Assembly (NCBI GenBank): GCA_963809855.1
Contig: CAWELF010000001.1
Coordinates: 1,573,446-1,613,445 of the forward strand
Source: an uncultured Bacteroidales bacterium
GTDB taxonomy: Bacteria; Bacteroidota; Bacteroidia; Bacteroidales; VadinHA17
DNA length: 40,000 nucleotides
Direction of reading: 5' to 3'
The translations under genes were made by a program, and so were the position numbers. Below are positions 36,682-40,000 of the stretch, piece by piece; position 1 is the stretch's first letter; each line of letters begins with the position of its first letter. Below the pieces are notes generated by a model that was not told where the DNA came from, made no database searches, and saw only the letters and a list, made by a program, of their open reading frames with translations.

Positions 36682-38931
36682 CTAAATTATCATTGCTGTA
36701 TTTAATATTCCGTTAATAAATGCAATGCCTCTTTCAATTCTATCTTCCAAGTCAATACACTCAGTATTCTGATTTATTTCTAATAAACCTCCTATAGTTA
36801 ATACCTTGTCATTAATCAACTTACTGAAAATTATGTTTGGCACAGAAGAATCATTTTTACTTTCGACCAGAAACCCATTCTGATGACTTCTAATCTGTAA
36901 TAAATCGTTACCCAGAATCATTTGCATTTCACCGCCAATATCAAGTTTTAACTTATCATTGTTGACTTGTTCTTTAATCTCTAATAAAAAAGGGTCCCAA
37001 TGATATCCATTAAACTGTCGTTCTTTCATTTTGAATAATGGATAAGGATTCGTATCATTCCAATAATAGTAACCCTTATTACAGCTATTTCTAAAGCGGG
37101 TATGTTTTAAGAAATAATATATCCAGTCTTTTGGTGAGTTTTCATATTGTTTGATTGATTCTATAATTTTCAGTTCAATTGAACTAGTTTGATTTATTTC
37201 AAAGTAATCCAGGCACTCCATTAAAATCTGCTTTGTTTTACTCTGTAACTGCGTTTTATTATAAGCTGGGGTGGTTATAAATTTGCGCCAGGTACCTTTT
37301 GCACTCGCTAACAGATTTGTAAGTTCATTATCGTCTTGTGAATAATCACCAAAGCATAACAATAAATTACTTCTATTTATAAAATCTGAAGTTACAATAT
37401 CTTCATCAAACAATTTCAAAAAAATCTTGATCCTATTTTCAAGTTTAGCATCCATGTCAAAAATTGAGATACAGCCTCTTAGAATATCGCTATCCTCTAA
37501 TTTGAAAATACTTTTAGCGACAGTTAAATTTTGATTAATGTAATTATACTTTTCTTCCTCTTCTTTTATCTGGTCGCTTTTGAAGTGATCTAATTGTGCG
37601 AAATTATATGACTGAACAAAGTTCTCTATTTCTCCAAAACTTAATCCGATTGTGGTATCCCTTAATTCGTTTTCAGAATTGGCTACAAGGTTTCGGACTA
37701 TTCTGGCAGCCATGCTGAATTCCGTGGATTTTTTTAATAAATGGATTATACAAGCATATAATAATAGCTGTTCGGGATATGCAAAACCTTTACCATATTT
37801 ATCGTAATTAAACAGACATTTCTCCAATAAATTAATATTACTGTTTTGGAAAAATAATCTGGTTTTTCCAAAAGCAAAATCGTCCTTTGTTATGTAAAAC
37901 AGATCAGTCCAAAATGATGGTTTTTCCTTATTCAAAACAATAATGCAATCAAATACCTCAAATAGAAATTTCAAATTATCTTCATTCTGAAATAACTTGC
38001 AAGTGTCATCTATGGAATGATTGATATCTACAAACCTGATCCCTTGCTTATATGCTAGCACATCTGAAATATAATTGAGAAGCCTCATAAAGCAATCATC
38101 TACCTGTAAGGCAATGTCTATCTTGGGTTCATTTTTAAATTTTTCATGAACAATTGCCCAGATGCATTCAGTCCACTTTTGGTCTATACTGTTTTCGAAC
38201 CTCTTTTTTAAGTCTTCGTTTTTAATAATCTCCAAAAAACCGGCTTTGAAATATTCAAATTCAGTAAGTGGTTTACCCCTTGAATTCATTTTTATATACA
38301 AATCATCGGGTAACCCAACTTTTTCCATATCAAGCTTGTAGAAATAGAAAGGATTCTGCTGATGATTGAAAATATACCAAACTTTATCTGACTTTAATTC
38401 ATTGTATCTCTGCTCAATATCATTAAGCATAACCAACATTGCCCTGATGCTGGGGTCAAAATCCCATGCTTCAAAATACCAAGACTGGTTGGCGATTTCA
38501 TCAACAATATTTTTACTTTCAAAGGTGGGTTTGAATTGAATTAATTGTTCGCAAAATACCGTTGTGCTATGCCGTGTTTCGTACCGAAAATTGGCAAGAA
38601 ATTGTTTTTGTTCAGGAGATATCTTCTCCTTTACAGATATATACCAAAGTAAAAGCCAAAGAGTCGTAAGGCGTTGCTGTCCATCAATTGGAGCAAACAT
38701 CGATTTGTCGCCTGAAACGGTGCTGAAACCATAAATAAAATCTAACTCCAAACCTCTATCAGAAGAAGTGTTGACTCTTTGATTCAGCACTTCAAAAATA
38801 GCTCCAAGAAAATCTTTTCTGATTTTTGCAGTTTTAACATCGTTTCGCCCCTGAGCGTAATCCCTTTGAATAATTGGTATTACGATATTGTTTTGAGATA
38901 ATATATCTATAAAACTAATTTTCATCTTCAA
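36682..38931 (-). CDS. DUF262-domain protein (ParB-like nuclease fold N-terminus, long unassigned C-terminus)
   Basis: 749-aa ORF. N-terminal NIVIPIIQRDYAQGR and APIDGQQRLTTL match DUF262 signatures. It ends 7 nt before hsdR. Confidence 0.75.
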   Translation of the reverse strand: MKMKISFIDILSQNNIVIPIIQRDYAQGRNDVKTAKIRKDFLGAIFEVLNQRVNTSSDRGLELDFIYGFSTVSGDKSMFAPIDGQQRLTTLWLLLWYISVKEKISPEQKQFLANFRYETRHSTTVFCEQLIQFKPTFESKNIVDEIANQSWYFEAWDFDPSIRAMLVMLNDIEQRYNELKSDKVWYIFNHQQNPFYFYKLDMEKVGLPDDLYIKMNSRGKPLTEFEYFKAGFLEIIKNEDLKKRFENSIDQKWTECIWAIVHEKFKNEPKIDIALQVDDCFMRLLNYISDVLAYKQGIRFVDINHSIDDTCKLFQNEDNLKFLFEVFDCIIVLNKEKPSFWTDLFYITKDDFAFGKTRLFFQNSNINLLEKCLFNYDKYGKGFAYPEQLLLYACIIHLLKKSTEFSMAARIVRNLVANSENELRDTTIGLSFGEIENFVQSYNFAQLDHFKSDQIKEEEEKYNYINQNLTVAKSIFKLEDSDILRGCISIFDMDAKLENRIKIFLKLFDEDIVTSDFINRSNLLLCFGDYSQDDNELTNLLASAKGTWRKFITTPAYNKTQLQSKTKQILMECLDYFEINQTSSIELKIIESIKQYENSPKDWIYYFLKHTRFRNSCNKGYYYWNDTNPYPLFKMKERQFNGYHWDPFLLEIKEQVNNDKLKLDIGGEMQMILGNDLLQIRSHQNGFLVESKNDSSVPNIIFSKLINDKVLTIGGLLEINQNTECIDLEDRIERGIAFINGILNTAMII

Positions 38932-40000
38932 TCTCGATATTTATATTGTTAGTTAAATAGGGCTTTAGTGTTTCCCTTATATCGGCTTTATAATTGGCTC
39001 TTTCGTCTTTTGTCCAAATGCTGTATTGAGTATAGCCTTCTTTTGAATAATATTTCAGAAAGATTCGTTTGGTGGCAACAGGTATAAAAGCCCCTTCTTT
39101 GTCCATTTCCAGTATTTTCCTCCTCTTTGCTTCAAATACCGAATTGCTTAAGGTTATATTTTCTGACAAACCCAATAAAGCCATATTCTCTATCTTGTGC
39201 AAGTACACACTGCTGTCCTCCTCTTCATCTTTAGGAAGCATAGCCAGTATTTTATTACCTAAGATCTTGAAATCAGTAAAGCTAAATTTCGAAGATGACA
39301 TTGTCTGTTCAACTTCGAGTCTAAAGGCTGCGGTATATACGTTGTTATTTCCACTATCGTTTAGAATAAGAATATGCTCCTTTAACCAAGCTTTCCACAG
39401 CTCTCTGTCATTCGGGTCAATATCCTCAATATTTTGGGCATGGATATGCTCAAGACTTTTGGTAATGCTTTTATAAACCTGAAAAGGGAAGTACTCATGA
39501 TTGTGTTTGTTCTGCCTGATTTTTTCGAGATTGTGCAGCAATAAAACATGAGCAATTTTTGCTTTGTGGTTATTGTTGTCAAATCGAAGTTCTTCCCAAT
39601 CGACAGGTATTTTGCCAGCAATTAATTTGTCAATTTCTTCTTCGAATTTGCTTTTTAGATTGTTCTTTTTTAATTCTACCAATTCCTTAATGGAATTTCC
39701 TGTTTCGATAAGATAACCAATTTTATGATATAAATTATTGTCTTTATACCAATGCACTAAAGCACGGTATATTTCTTCAACCTCAATCCACTTCTTCCAT
39801 AGCGTATCGCTGGTTTCTTCTGTGCTAAAAAAATGAATGAAACTATACAATGGGTCTAATTCATTCGGTTCTTTTCCGGTAATGGTATCAAACAGCAATT
39901 CTATTTTACTGCTGTAAACCTCTGCTTTTTTATTGGTGATGAATGCCCAGAAAGCAGGATCATTCAATTGTACTTCAATCTCGTCCCAAATTTGTGTCAG
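38915..40000 (-). CDS. GmrSD-like protein, C-terminal DUF1524 part (N-terminus beyond the window end)
   Basis: The frame stays open upstream of the track start to position 40000 (...LTQIWDEIEVQ-NDPAFW...). The His-Me finger-like motifs SLEHIHAQN and ENMALLGLSENITLSNSVFEAKR are typical of DUF1524. Confidence 0.7.
   Translation of the reverse strand: MTQIWDEIEVQLNDPAFWAFITNKKAEVYSSKIELLFDTITGKEPNELDPLYSFIHFFSTEETSDTLWKKWIEVEEIYRALVHWYKDNNLYHKIGYLIETGNSIKELVELKKNNLKSKFEEEIDKLIAGKIPVDWEELRFDNNNHKAKIAHVLLLHNLEKIRQNKHNHEYFPFQVYKSITKSLEHIHAQNIEDIDPNDRELWKAWLKEHILILNDSGNNNVYTAAFRLEVEQTMSSSKFSFTDFKILGNKILAMLPKDEEEDSSVYLHKIENMALLGLSENITLSNSVFEAKRRKILEMDKEGAFIPVATKRIFLKYYSKEGYTQYSIWTKDERANYKADIRETLKPYLTNNINIEIEDEN

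Noticed and set aside
10218-39476. Antisense or shadow ORFs inside long genes: 3025-3240, 3390-3587, 5052-5276, 7431-7655, 10218-10907, 11376-11627, 11706-11954, 13592-13819, 14436-14648, 22923-23243, 23240-23872, 23253-23540, 23879-24184, 23952-24260, 25003-25194, 25052-25408, 25464-25649, 27011-27244, 28608-28805, 29339-29563, 30776-30997, 30998-31243, 32140-32322, 35161-35355, 35670-36110, 39069-39476 and 39382-39621.
   Set aside because: Each lies wholly or largely within a longer ORF that has recognisable motifs or better context. They show low-complexity or odd composition and no independent support.

Overview
AT-rich accessory region, probably Bacteroidota-like (a guess from composition and IS types). 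Nearly all genes lie on the minus strand.

- **Left edge (1-5.3 kb):** an accessory Hsp70 operon (Hsp70, a GrpE-like protein, a TM protein, a J-like protein without HPD), an unknown gene and a PIN toxin.
- **Centre (about 4.4-24.7 kb), the main result:** seven same-orientation copies of a GC-richer, ~343-nt structured repeat. Two copies carry an extra ~340-nt leader. The repeats separate short minus-strand gene modules: two DUF2971 paralogs, a HEPN protein, a HigBA-like TA pair, and secreted and membrane proteins. The repeat ends (AAC...GTT), their complementary arms and the co-varying flanks behave like oversized integron attC sites. No IntI gene is visible.
- **Insertions in the array:** an IS21-family element with a clean 5-bp duplication, a group II intron, a tyrosine-recombinase plus IS91-type unit, and an IS110-family element.
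- **Right (26-40 kb):** two large unknown genes, a family of co-varying hairpins, a 21-bp x14 tandem repeat, and a defence cluster. The cluster holds an ATPase plus small Toprim-like pair, type I hsdR, and two DUF262/GmrSD-like genes, the last running off the window.

I saw no rRNA, tRNA or CRISPR array. All family assignments come from motifs read by eye, not from database searches.
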